A DNA stretch of 64,000 nucleotides from Synechococcus sp. (GTDB lineage: Bacteria > Cyanobacteriota > Cyanobacteriia > PCC-6307 > Cyanobiaceae): the NCBI GenBank assembly GCA_047285535.1, contig JBJBDC010000001.1, forward strand, positions 2,464,136 to 2,528,135. Reading direction: 5' to 3'. The first letter of the stretch is position 1; the number at the start of each line of letters is the position of its first letter. This document shows positions 1 through 8,198 of the stretch, piece by piece. A model generated the notes under the pieces. The model made no database searches and was not told the origin of the DNA. It saw nothing but the letters and a program-made list of their open reading frames with translations. The translations under genes and the position numbers were made by a program.

Positions 1-2
1 AG

Positions 3-80
3 CGTGAGGAAATGAATTACATATCCATGGAACTTGTGGATGATGAGTTGGACATTATTGATACCTTCTATTGGGACTAG
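3..80 (+). CDS. 3' end of a hypothetical protein running in from the left edge (partial)
   Basis: Open frame ...REEMNYISMELVDDELDIIDTFYWD* ending TAG at 78-80. Confidence 0.4.
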   Translation, partial: REEMNYISMELVDDELDIIDTFYWD

Positions 81-217
81 TGAGTGAGTGATGTCATCCG
101 TTGCTCTGTGCTGAGTGGAAGGGGGTCTTCCTTCAGTCTTGCTTTGACCTCAGCGTCCACATCTCCATCGAAAGTCCCAGTGCGATGTCTTTCAACCTCT
201 GACCATGTTGGATTTGG

Positions 218-982
218 GTGAAGACCGACAGGTCTTGCCAGGATGAGTGCGTTGACTGTCGTCTGCATCCTGCTGACGTGCTTCTGATTCTTCCTGCCAT
301 CGGCATGATGCTTGGTGGCCTTCTGGGTAGCAGCTTTCGTCCTGGTAAACGCCTGAGAGGCGTAGTGGCTCATCTCGTGGGAGGTCTGGTACTCGGTATT
401 GCTGCCGCCGATCTCATGCCAGCTGCAAGCAGCAGTGGCCATCCTCTCGCGTTGGCCCTCGGCTTCTGCCTCGGCTTCTCCCTGCTGCTTGTGATCAACG
501 CTGTTTTGCAGGATTCCGAGGATAGTTCTCACCTCAATCGGTCGCGGCCGATGTTGCTGCTGCTGCTGCCTTTCCTCGTGGACAGCCTCATTGATGGTCT
601 GGTCGTAGGGATTAGCAACGATGCAGCCCAGCAGGGCTGGGTGATTCCACTGGCAGTCAGTATGGAGATGGGACTGGCCGCGCTGGGACTCGGGACTTTG
701 CTTGGCCGTGGGGCAGGCCGCTGGCGCAGCACCTTGGGTGGGGGGCTGATGGCGCTCACTTATCTGATTGGTCTCACGATCAGTGTGGTCCTCACGCAAG
801 GCCTGCAGGGTCCAGCTCTCACTGCAATGCTCGCCTTCGGCACTGCGGCACTCATTTACCTGGTGGTGGAAGAGGTGATGAAAGAGGCCCACTCCCGCGG
901 AGAGGATGATTCCGGCGTGGTGAATGTGGCCTTTTTCATTGGATTGCTCTGCATCTGGCTTCTAAATACCGTGCACGCTTGA
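218..982 (+). CDS. ZIP-family (ZupT-like) divalent metal transporter; true start probably GTG 278 or ATG 305
   Basis: About 8 hydrophobic helices; HLVGGLVLGIAAADLMPA, DSLIDGLVVG, AFGTAALIYLVVEEVMKEAH resemble ZIP TM2/TM4/TM7 segments. Confidence 0.75.
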   Translation: MKTDRSCQDECVDCRLHPADVLLILPAIGMMLGGLLGSSFRPGKRLRGVVAHLVGGLVLGIAAADLMPAASSSGHPLALALGFCLGFSLLLVINAVLQDSEDSSHLNRSRPMLLLLLPFLVDSLIDGLVVGISNDAAQQGWVIPLAVSMEMGLAALGLGTLLGRGAGRWRSTLGGGLMALTYLIGLTISVVLTQGLQGPALTAMLAFGTAALIYLVVEEVMKEAHSRGEDDSGVVNVAFFIGLLCIWLLNTVHA

Positions 983-1377
983 AGGGTGAGTTTTCGATTG
1001 AAGTCTCTTTCTTGACGACGTTTCAACGGTTAAGACAATCCTTTCAGTGCAAGAGACCGCTTTCCCCCTCCCCTCAGGGGGGTCAGCGATCTCTTGCACT
1101 GACTCTCGTTGGGTTCTCGTTTGGCGATCAGTTGCGAGTAGGTGGTCAGTGCTGTGGGCTTGGCAACCAAGCTTCAGGTGGCGGTCCGATGTTGATCTCA
1201 GGCCTGGATTGCAACCTCTCAGCGCTACGACTCTCACCAGTAGTGGCCAATTTCAGGCCACAACTCAACCAACTCTGGGCATCCAGAGGGGTAGAACACC
1301 TGGGAGCAGCTTTTGATCATGGGATCGACGCTCACTGGCCACTAAGAGATCATTGCCAATCAGATGGGCAACGCAGG

Positions 1378-1569
1378 ATGGAATCTCCCGATCAATTGGA
1401 TCCAGCAGGGTTTGATCCCTTGGCCATGATCTCCATGTGGGAGGACATGCACGCTCTAGTCAGGCAATGGGAAAAGAAGCACGGCGCTACTGCCAAGATT
1501 GCGTCCGTGGCTTTCGAGGAATTTGCTGCAACGTTGATCGTTAAAGGTCCTGAGATCAAAAAGGATTGA
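1378..1569 (+). CDS. small hypothetical protein (MESPDQLDPAGFDPLAMISMWEDMH...)
   Basis: Protein-like C-terminal part of ORF 979..1569, taken from ATG 1378. Confidence 0.45.
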   Translation: MESPDQLDPAGFDPLAMISMWEDMHALVRQWEKKHGATAKIASVAFEEFAATLIVKGPEIKKD

Positions 1570-1735
1570 GCCTCTGGTTGGGTAAGGAGGCAGCCAGAAG
1601 TGAATCAATCCGTCAATGTGCTCCCGTACAAACCGGCAGAAAAGGTCTTCAAACCGAACCTTTCATGACGGTTGGCCCATCTTTCGAGCTGAACGAAGCA
1701 GCACTAGACCGTTGAGGTCCCTCTCGGAGACAGCC

Positions 1736-1993
1736 ATGACGACCACCACACTTCGCTACAACGGCAAGGCTTTTATCTACGCCCCGACGGGCCTCATGGT
1801 CCAAGAAGATGAGGGGCTTAGCCATCGTGATGTCAAAGAACCTCAACTAGAACTTGCTGCATCCGATGCTGGCTTGAGTGTGTATGAGCGGGCAGAAAAG
1901 CTCAACGGGCGATTAGCCATGCTTGGCATTGTGGCGCTTGTTGCCACCGAGGACTTGTTGCATCAGGGCTTGCTTCAAGCTCTTGGACTCTGA
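1736..1993 (+). CDS. hli: high-light-inducible protein (HLIP, CAB/ELIP/HLIP family)
   Basis: [12 protein letters not shown] chlorophyll-binding motif plus one TM helix; GGAGA RBS before ATG 1736. Confidence 0.9.
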   Translation: MTTTTLRYNGKAFIYAPTGLMVQEDEGLSHRDVKEPQLELAASDAGLSVYERAEKLNGRLAMLGIVALVATEDLLHQGLLQALGL

Positions 1994-2038
1994 CCCGAAT
2001 CAAGACGGGTTGCCATCGGATCTCTCTTGGAGATAACC

Positions 2039-2146
2039 ATGACTGAGACACCAAAATTCAGCTTGCGTCGTTTGGCCTGCTGGTCAGCTGACAGCCTTGA
2101 TCTCATCTTGCTCACAGGTCAAAATCTTCTGAATCAAATCAGTTGA
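2039..2146 (+). pseudogene. degenerate second hli-like ORF (35 aa) lacking the ExxNGRxAM motif
   Basis: MTETPKFSLRRLACWSADSLDLILLTGQNLLNQIS*; the ends resemble small HLIPs (MT..PKF, LLTGQxLLxQI); GGAGA RBS; directly downstream of hli. Confidence 0.55.
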
Positions 2147-2160
2147 TGACCAGCTTGGAT

Positions 2161-2180
2161 CCGGGTGATACCTCACCCGG
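2161..2180 (+). terminator. GC-rich hairpin after the hli pair (possible terminator or stabilising stem)
   Basis: CCGGGTGA-tacc-TCACCCGG, perfect 8-bp stem; no U-tract. Confidence 0.4.
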
Positions 2181-2873
2181 GTGACCCTTATCCGCGGGAT
2201 GTCTGAGCTAGATCTTCAAGGATGATTTCCACACTCCCTCTGGGCGGCGCACTTTTTCAAGTCAAGCAGCATGAAGGGCTTCTCCAGAATGGCCACTCCC
2301 TTCCGTTGCTTCAGGCCAGTTTGAGTCCGTGGAGGCTTTTTTTAAAGAGTTCCTGTTGGGTCTATGCATTCTTCGGGATTGGAAATTTCGGACGCTTTCG
2401 AATTCAATTCAGACTATGGAGCACCAGGGAGAAACATATCCAGAATCATCTTTCTGGCTAGAAGCATGAGCCATCACCTCCCTCTGCTGGTGAGCTGGCC
2501 AGGGTTTCCGTTGTGTCATGCAGCGCCGCATCGCTTGTTCGCGCCACAACCCTCTTTGACGATCACACGAACATTGTTCAGGCACTTAGCGGCCACGAGA
2601 AATTTGCTTTGGAATCATCTTTTCATACTGCTTCAAAGAGGATGGTTCTCTTTAGAACAATGGAGTCTTAAGGGATGAATGCTTGAGCTGTGTATTCATC
2701 GAGACCTGGCTTTGGTAGGTATTTTTGAATCAATCTTTTTTTGCAAATCAGTGGATCTAAGCGTTTGTTCAGGCTCTGCAAGTCCCGTAAGCGATTTGCT
2801 TTTTTCTTTTTCCTTTTGGTTGGCTGACAAGCAGGCTTCCCCTGGCTAGTGATAGAGCAATCATTCTCAAACG

Positions 2874-3374
2874 ATGTTTCGTCCTTTGTTGATTGCATCA
2901 ACGTTGGCGTTGGTAGGAATCATGCCTTTGCATGCAAACCATCACCACGGCGGTCATCACGGCGGTCATCACGGCGGTCATCACGGCGGTCATCACGGCG
3001 GTCATCACGGCGGTCATCACGGAGGACACCACGGTGGCGGATGGCATCATAATAATTGGAATTGGTATGCCAATAGACGTGCCGCTTGGGGTATTGCAGG
3101 CTTGGCCACTGGTGCGATAATTACATCTGCAATTGCAAATTCTCGCGCTCAAAATTCACCCACAATTGTTGTTCCAGAAACAAATCGAAGACTTGAGTAC
3201 GATTTTGATCAAACATCTCCGCAGCCTTTAAATGTTAGTTTCACCTATATGGTCAATGGAGTTCGAGTGAATGCTGAAGCCAATTGTCAACAAGGGCTCA
3301 TTGATGGAAATCCTCCAGAAAGTGCAGCAGATGTGCATACTCTGAATGCAGTCTGCCATGCTGCAAGCAATTAA
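2874..3374 (+). CDS. secreted His/Gly-repeat protein
   Basis: Signal-peptide-like N-terminus (MFRPLLIASTLALVGIMPLHA), (HHGG)n tract, hydrophobic GIAGLATGAII segment, C-terminal domain with two Cys. Confidence 0.75.
   Translation: MFRPLLIASTLALVGIMPLHANHHHGGHHGGHHGGHHGGHHGGHHGGHHGGHHGGGWHHNNWNWYANRRAAWGIAGLATGAIITSAIANSRAQNSPTIVVPETNRRLEYDFDQTSPQPLNVSFTYMVNGVRVNAEANCQQGLIDGNPPESAADVHTLNAVCHAASN
2949..3032 (+). repeat. 12-bp tandem repeat GGCGGTCATCAC, 6 perfect copies plus 1 degenerate copy
   Basis: Copies at 2949, 2961, 2973, 2985, 2997, 3009; GGAGGACACCAC at 3021. Confidence 0.97.
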
Positions 3375-3536
3375 TGATTGCTAGGTATCTATCTTTTGGC
3401 GAATAAATAGATCAAGGATTTGGTTGGTGGTGGGATTTCATTGACACCTGCTGATTCGTTGTTCAGCCCAAATATTGGCTGAGGCTTTTGCTAGACGTCT
3501 CTGCGATTGTGTTAACTGTCATGTAAGGGCAAAGAG

Positions 3537-3707
3537 TTATCTGTTCTTTTTTTCGGGCTCTTTGATCCCATCCTCCATCATTGATACCATTCCCGCTAGT
3601 AGGGCTAAGCAAGTCACGAGCATGAAAATCCATGTTCCTATCACCAGTGTGCTTGTGTCACCGTAAACGAGTGAAGAAGGCCACGTCTCCATAAGCAGAT
3701 AATGCAT
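3537..3707 (-). CDS. small single-TM hypothetical protein
   Basis: C-terminal part of ORF 3537..3890 (MHYLLMETWP...TWIFMLVTCLALLAGMV...KEPEKKNR); start uncertain. Confidence 0.3.
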   Translation of the reverse strand: MHYLLMETWPSSLVYGDTSTLVIGTWIFMLVTCLALLAGMVSMMEDGIKEPEKKNR

Positions 3708-3956
3708 TGTTTTTATGCGAAGATCCTTAACCTTCTCATTCTGTATGAATAAATTAGTTCTCAAATATGACTGTCCATTGTAGCCAACAGCAATGATGGC
3801 TGTATTTGTTGATTCCTTGAGCCATGTCAATGCGTGGATAGGGTGGATCTCCTTTTGGAGCCGGTGGCCGTCGAAACTGTGCCCAGCCACTTTCTCTGCT
3901 ACCCCGAGGCAGCCTTGTCACTCATATGTTTTCTCACATTGCAGGTGCAGAAAGGT

Positions 3957-4214
3957 ATGAATGACTCGGAATCGCTCGTTTTGAAGATGATTCAAGTTGA
4001 TGCGTCGAATGTCTTCGAGCATCTGATCCCTGAGGGAGCCAATTTCGTTGAGATTGCTATGTCTCCTTCGAGATTCCAAGCCAAAAAGAAGGCATATGAA
4101 CCCCATCCCAATATGAATGAAATTTCGCCTATGCAGATCGTGAGACGAGGATTTGTCAATCACGTCAGCTCTATTATGAATGGTGATGTTGTCTTCGTCG
4201 AAGAGGAACATTGA
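3957..4214 (+). CDS. hypothetical protein (MNDSESLVLKMIQVD...)
   Basis: AAAGGT before ATG 3957; protein-like composition; overlaps a competing minus-strand ORF. Confidence 0.4.
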   Translation: MNDSESLVLKMIQVDASNVFEHLIPEGANFVEIAMSPSRFQAKKKAYEPHPNMNEISPMQIVRRGFVNHVSSIMNGDVVFVEEEH

Positions 4215-5100
4215 AATTTCTGTGCACTTGATCATGATTACTTGGAAAGGTCTTGAGGAATAGAAAAATCTACTAGTGGATTTATGATTGATTGTCATTC
4301 TGTTCTCTATTTTTAAATGTCTTGCTTGTAGCTTTGTTCCTGAGCTGAGAGTATAGTCTGGGTTTAATGTTCTCTTTCAGCCTTCATCATTAGCAATCCT
4401 CGTTGGGAGCTTGTCCTGCCTAAGGGTATGATTATTTATCTTTTTGTTTGAGCCGATTAGCACAATTTGGATTATTAGGCTCTCCATCACGTTGAGTGTT
4501 TGTTGATGATACCATCTAGTGAGTAAGTATTTTTGTTTGTGATCTTGACCCAGTGCCTGGTGCTATTTGCTGGAAATAATTTAGGCCTTCGCTAGGGAGC
4601 TGTCTTGTTTAAACGTATTCGCTACTTAGGGGGAGTTGGTCTTCAAATGAGGTCCCAGGATTCATTTGATCGCTCACTTCTCTTCTTAGCATTAGCCAAA
4701 AAATGCTTGTTCATTGCAACCATTATGGGAAGTGCATTAATCATGGGCCAAGCTGAAGCGAAGAAAAAGATCACAATCTCAAGCTAATATCAGTCAATAA
4801 TAAAGCAGAGTTGAAGAGGTCTAGATGCATGAATAATGGAGCATTAAGTAAGTTGATGAGTGCCAACATGCATGTGTTTAAATAAGATTCTACTGTGAAT
4901 TGTGAGCCTGAAGTCCACATCGCCTAAGGCTAACTCGATCCATGAAGCTTGCAATGCAATGCTTCTGTTTGCAAGCACCTCCTTTGAAGGGATTTGTTTC
5001 TTTCAAATCCTGCATGAGTAGATATGTATGAAGCTAAAATAGCAGACTTTTCTTCAGAGCTATGCTATAGCATTTGCCTATTGTTTCTAAGTGTATTCAC

Positions 5101-5469
5101 ATGCTCACATTGAAAATACGAGCGTTTAATAAAAAAATTGCGCTCTTCGTTACTGAAAAAGTAGGAACAATGGGCTGTGCCTACTTGTTCTCCTTGCTTG
5201 CATTGATTTCTCTTCCAGAGGCCCTTGCAAGTGAAGACCCCTTGGAAATCGTTTCTTGGATTGCGCAAACATTTCTCCAGCTAGTGCTTTTGCCAATTAT
5301 TATTGTTGGTCAAAATATTCAAGGTGAGATCAGTGCTCAGCAGGCTGTCACTGACAGTGAGACATTAGTCGCCATTCATTCAATGGCTTCTGAAATTCGT
5401 GATCTCAATCTGCAACACCAACGTATTTTACGCGATCTTGAAGGTGGTTCTTCCGAGGGTTTTGCCTGA
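5101..5469 (+). CDS. DUF1003-like membrane protein
   Basis: VGTMGCAYLFSLLALISLP...WIAQTFLQLVLLPIIIVGQN followed by a coiled-coil-like tail. Confidence 0.7.
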   Translation: MLTLKIRAFNKKIALFVTEKVGTMGCAYLFSLLALISLPEALASEDPLEIVSWIAQTFLQLVLLPIIIVGQNIQGEISAQQAVTDSETLVAIHSMASEIRDLNLQHQRILRDLEGGSSEGFA

Positions 5470-5542
5470 TTGAGTTAAGTGTCTTATTGAGCTTAGTTGA
5501 TCATCGGTTGAGATTGTATTGATTGTCAATCTTGAATGCTAT

Positions 5543-5562
5543 TTGACTTGACTTGACTTGAC
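5543..5562. repeat. pentanucleotide microsatellite (TTGAC)x4
   Basis: ttgacttgacttgacttgac read directly. Confidence 0.8.
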
Positions 5563-6124
5563 TTTGTTGCAGTTCGTTTGTACGTGAACTTGGCTTGTTC
5601 TTGTTTCATTTCCACTTCTAAGCTCTTGCCAGTAAAAGTTGTTGCAATTTCTACTATTTCCTTTTTTGTTGTGAATCCACCATGCAGATGTTGTTAAATC
5701 AATCAATGCAAGAGGTCTCATGCTGAGGTTAATGTTCCGCATTGCGCGAGGTTGTTGAATTTTTTGATGGTCCATGTTGAATGATCGTAATGACTCGTTT
5801 TTTCACCTTGTACAGCGATTCGTAGGTGCGAAATAATCACCATATTGGCAGTTTTAAGGTAAGACTGTCTTCATTCGTTTTTTGGCGTGAAAATATATTC
5901 TATTGATGCAGACTTGTTATGCATGTTTCTGATGTCACGGTTGCGTGAACGCCTTTACGGATTTAGTTTGTGGCTCTTCGGGTAAATTTGATTGTAATAA
6001 AAAGACTGGAATCGTCTCTGTCAAGTTGTCCTTATGGCTTTGAAGTGAGTCTCTTGATTTCTGTCGCTATGGAGATTGATGCGCTCGAGAGTTTTTGGCT
6101 GTTGGTCAAAGCTGAGGTGTCAGT

Positions 6125-6508
6125 TCACATACCTTTGCGGTCTAGTGCATCTGTGAGTCGTGTAATTGCAGATGCAAGTTGAGCTTGAGAATCTGGAGCT
6201 GCTTCGGCAATGGCTTCTTGCTTCCGTTTTGAAGCCTCAATGGTCCTCACAATCACGAAGCAGACAAAGGCAATCACTAGGAAGTTGATAAGCGCAACAA
6301 TGACTGTTCCAGCTGGCCATGAATTGATTGAATCTACGTTGGCTGCCTTTAGCGCTGGCTCCAATGCCTTTGTCGTGACCAAAGTAACGATTGCGCCAAC
6401 CACTTTGCCGAAGGCGCCTGCGATGACGACAGCTATCGCAAGGTCAACGACATTGCCTTTGTTGATGAAGGCTTTGAAATCTGCTAGCAGGCTGGACTTT
6501 CGGGCCAT
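6125..6508 (-). CDS. mscL: large-conductance mechanosensitive channel
   Basis: DFKAFINKGNVVDLAIAVVIAGAFGKVV and INFLVIAFVCFVIV signatures. Confidence 0.95.
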   Translation of the reverse strand: MARKSSLLADFKAFINKGNVVDLAIAVVIAGAFGKVVGAIVTLVTTKALEPALKAANVDSINSWPAGTVIVALINFLVIAFVCFVIVRTIEASKRKQEAIAEAAPDSQAQLASAITRLTDALDRKGM

Positions 6509-7027
6509 TGATCAAAAATTGATTGTCTTACTGATAGAGATCCAGCATGAGGTTTGGTGATTAAGTGATATAACTTATTGAAGTATTTTTGGTTTTGCTG
6601 ACTGATTGCCTGGACTTTCGTCGTGCGCTTGTGATTGGATGATTGTGTGCAATTGGGTACTGAATAAGTACGGCGGCAAATCACAAGGATTGGCTGGATA
6701 AGAGCAGTGTGAGCTTCTTTTGCACATTGTTTTTCGTTCAGCCCAAGGATGTGCTGAGACTGAATCTTGTCGATCTCTGGCTTGAGGAGATATTCTCACC
6801 TTGACCAGGGTTGTTTGTTTAACTTTCCTAGTCCGTCAAATTTTAAGGGTCTGCCTTGCTAGGCAGCGATGGGTGTTTTGAGTTGTGTAGGGTTTATGGC
6901 TCATCGAATGATCTCTAAGGCGGCGCAGGAGCGCGTGTGTATGTGCATCTGATGAAGCGAGTTGTTTGGCTTGAGGGGTAGCCATAAGGCACAGTTTCGT
7001 TAACGTTGATGGAGTGAATCCGGATCC

Positions 7028-7369
7028 ATGCACCAGCTTCACGATCTCAGGCTCCGCCTTTTGGTTCAGCAAGAAAGTGAGCGGATTGCTGATAGTCATA
7101 CAGAGGATCTTGATCTGTCTTTGGTGCAGGCCCGCTGCCTCTGCTGGCTCGCCTTGCTAGCTGAGGCACACGAAGATCAAGCCAGCGATGCTGAAAGACG
7201 GTGTGATACGGAGCAAGCGATGGGATGGTTCGCTGATTCCATGCGGATTCGGGATGCGATCCAGGTGGTGAGTTCCATTGAAATTCCACTGCCTGGGGCC
7301 ATGGGTGTGGATGTCAAAGAGGTTGGCGATCAGTCTGGGTTTGATCAGGACCCACCGCTGGCAGCCTGA
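7028..7369 (+). CDS. hypothetical protein
   Basis: 113-aa helical ORF with core-like GC, co-oriented with the next ORF. Confidence 0.65.
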   Translation: MHQLHDLRLRLLVQQESERIADSHTEDLDLSLVQARCLCWLALLAEAHEDQASDAERRCDTEQAMGWFADSMRIRDAIQVVSSIEIPLPGAMGVDVKEVGDQSGFDQDPPLAA

Positions 7370-7396
7370 CAAGATGCCATGATGGTATTGATTTGA

Positions 7397-7867
7397 GTGA
7401 GAGGGTCTGCATTGCCTGAAGAGCCCTGTCAATGTCCTGACTGTCAACGCTTTTACCGAGAGCATGACCGCCTAATTCGAGAATCACCCACCCTGCGTCA
7501 ACAGCAGGAGTTGAGTTGGGCTGCCCTGCAAGCGTTTAGAACGTTGTCGGGTCGTGTTTTGGAAGATCTTCAAAAGCAGCATGGATCCCCCAGCGCTGAG
7601 GCTCAATCCCATGCCACTCCCATTGGTGGTGGAGACGAACCAGTCGATCCCATCCATCAAGCCATGGCAGACCTTGAAAACATTAATGCTCACTTATTTT
7701 CCATCGAAACGTTGATGGAACGTATTTTTGATGTGCGCGTTCCCGACGATATTGAACAGAAATTCCGTGAATTGGCTGGTGAGCTTGCACCAGACCCACT
7801 GAATGCCGATCGTCTTCGCTTGAATCGACTGTTACACCAAACCCCTGATCTGCCAGATCGTGGTTAA
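7397..7867 (+). CDS. hypothetical protein with N-terminal CxCxxC motif
   Basis: PCQCPDCQRFYREHDRLIRE followed by a helical domain. Confidence 0.7.
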   Translation: MRGSALPEEPCQCPDCQRFYREHDRLIRESPTLRQQQELSWAALQAFRTLSGRVLEDLQKQHGSPSAEAQSHATPIGGGDEPVDPIHQAMADLENINAHLFSIETLMERIFDVRVPDDIEQKFRELAGELAPDPLNADRLRLNRLLHQTPDLPDRG

Positions 7868-7874
7868 TCCTAAA

Positions 7875-7899
7875 CCAGGTTTGATTCATCAAGTCCTGG
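7875..7899 (+). terminator. stem-loop after ORF 7397..7867
   Basis: CCAGG-t-TTGAT-tc-ATCAA-gt-CCTGG imperfect hairpin. Confidence 0.35.
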
Positions 7900-8198
7900 G
7901 TTGATCAATATTGACTTGAATACTATTTTGAAAGCAAATCTTGCTGGCCTAGGCGTATTTAGAGGGCGCTGATTTTATAAGTGCTTTAATGGTGATCTTG
8001 ATCTGCGGCGATCAAATAGCGTGCCTACATTTGCATGATTTCTGTTGATACGTTTCTGCTCAGTATGAATGAACCAGTGTGCGAAAAAAGACCTCCACAT
8101 GATCAAGGCTTCAAGAGTTTGCATCATAGAGGCCTAAGCTTTTTGACTTGAAGCAGCAGGCCTCAGCAACAGATCAATGAGGTTTCGTAAGAGGCCTA

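Noticed and set aside
77..892. 271-aa minus-strand ORF
   Set aside because: Antisense shadow of the ZIP transporter
2949..3032. Tandem repeat as a CRISPR array or as the RRSS/VITA/VMTA ORFs
   Set aside because: No spacers and no cas genes; the alternative ORFs are other frames of the same repeat, and only the HHGG frame has a signal peptide and a downstream domain
3918..4298. Minus-strand ORF with an RRNF twin-arginine-like motif
   Set aside because: The motif is internal and the ORF overlaps a more plausible plus-strand ORF; unresolved without homology
4647..4885. Possible frameshifted secreted protein (signal ending AEA, continuation in the -1 frame)
   Set aside because: Both parts are short and have no recognisable motif; insufficient support
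5543..5562. (TTGAC)x4 as a phase-variable -35 element
   Set aside because: No downstream gene on that strand and only four copies
6657..6671. GTA-N9-TAC as an NtcA site
   Set aside because: Spacing is N9, not the canonical N8
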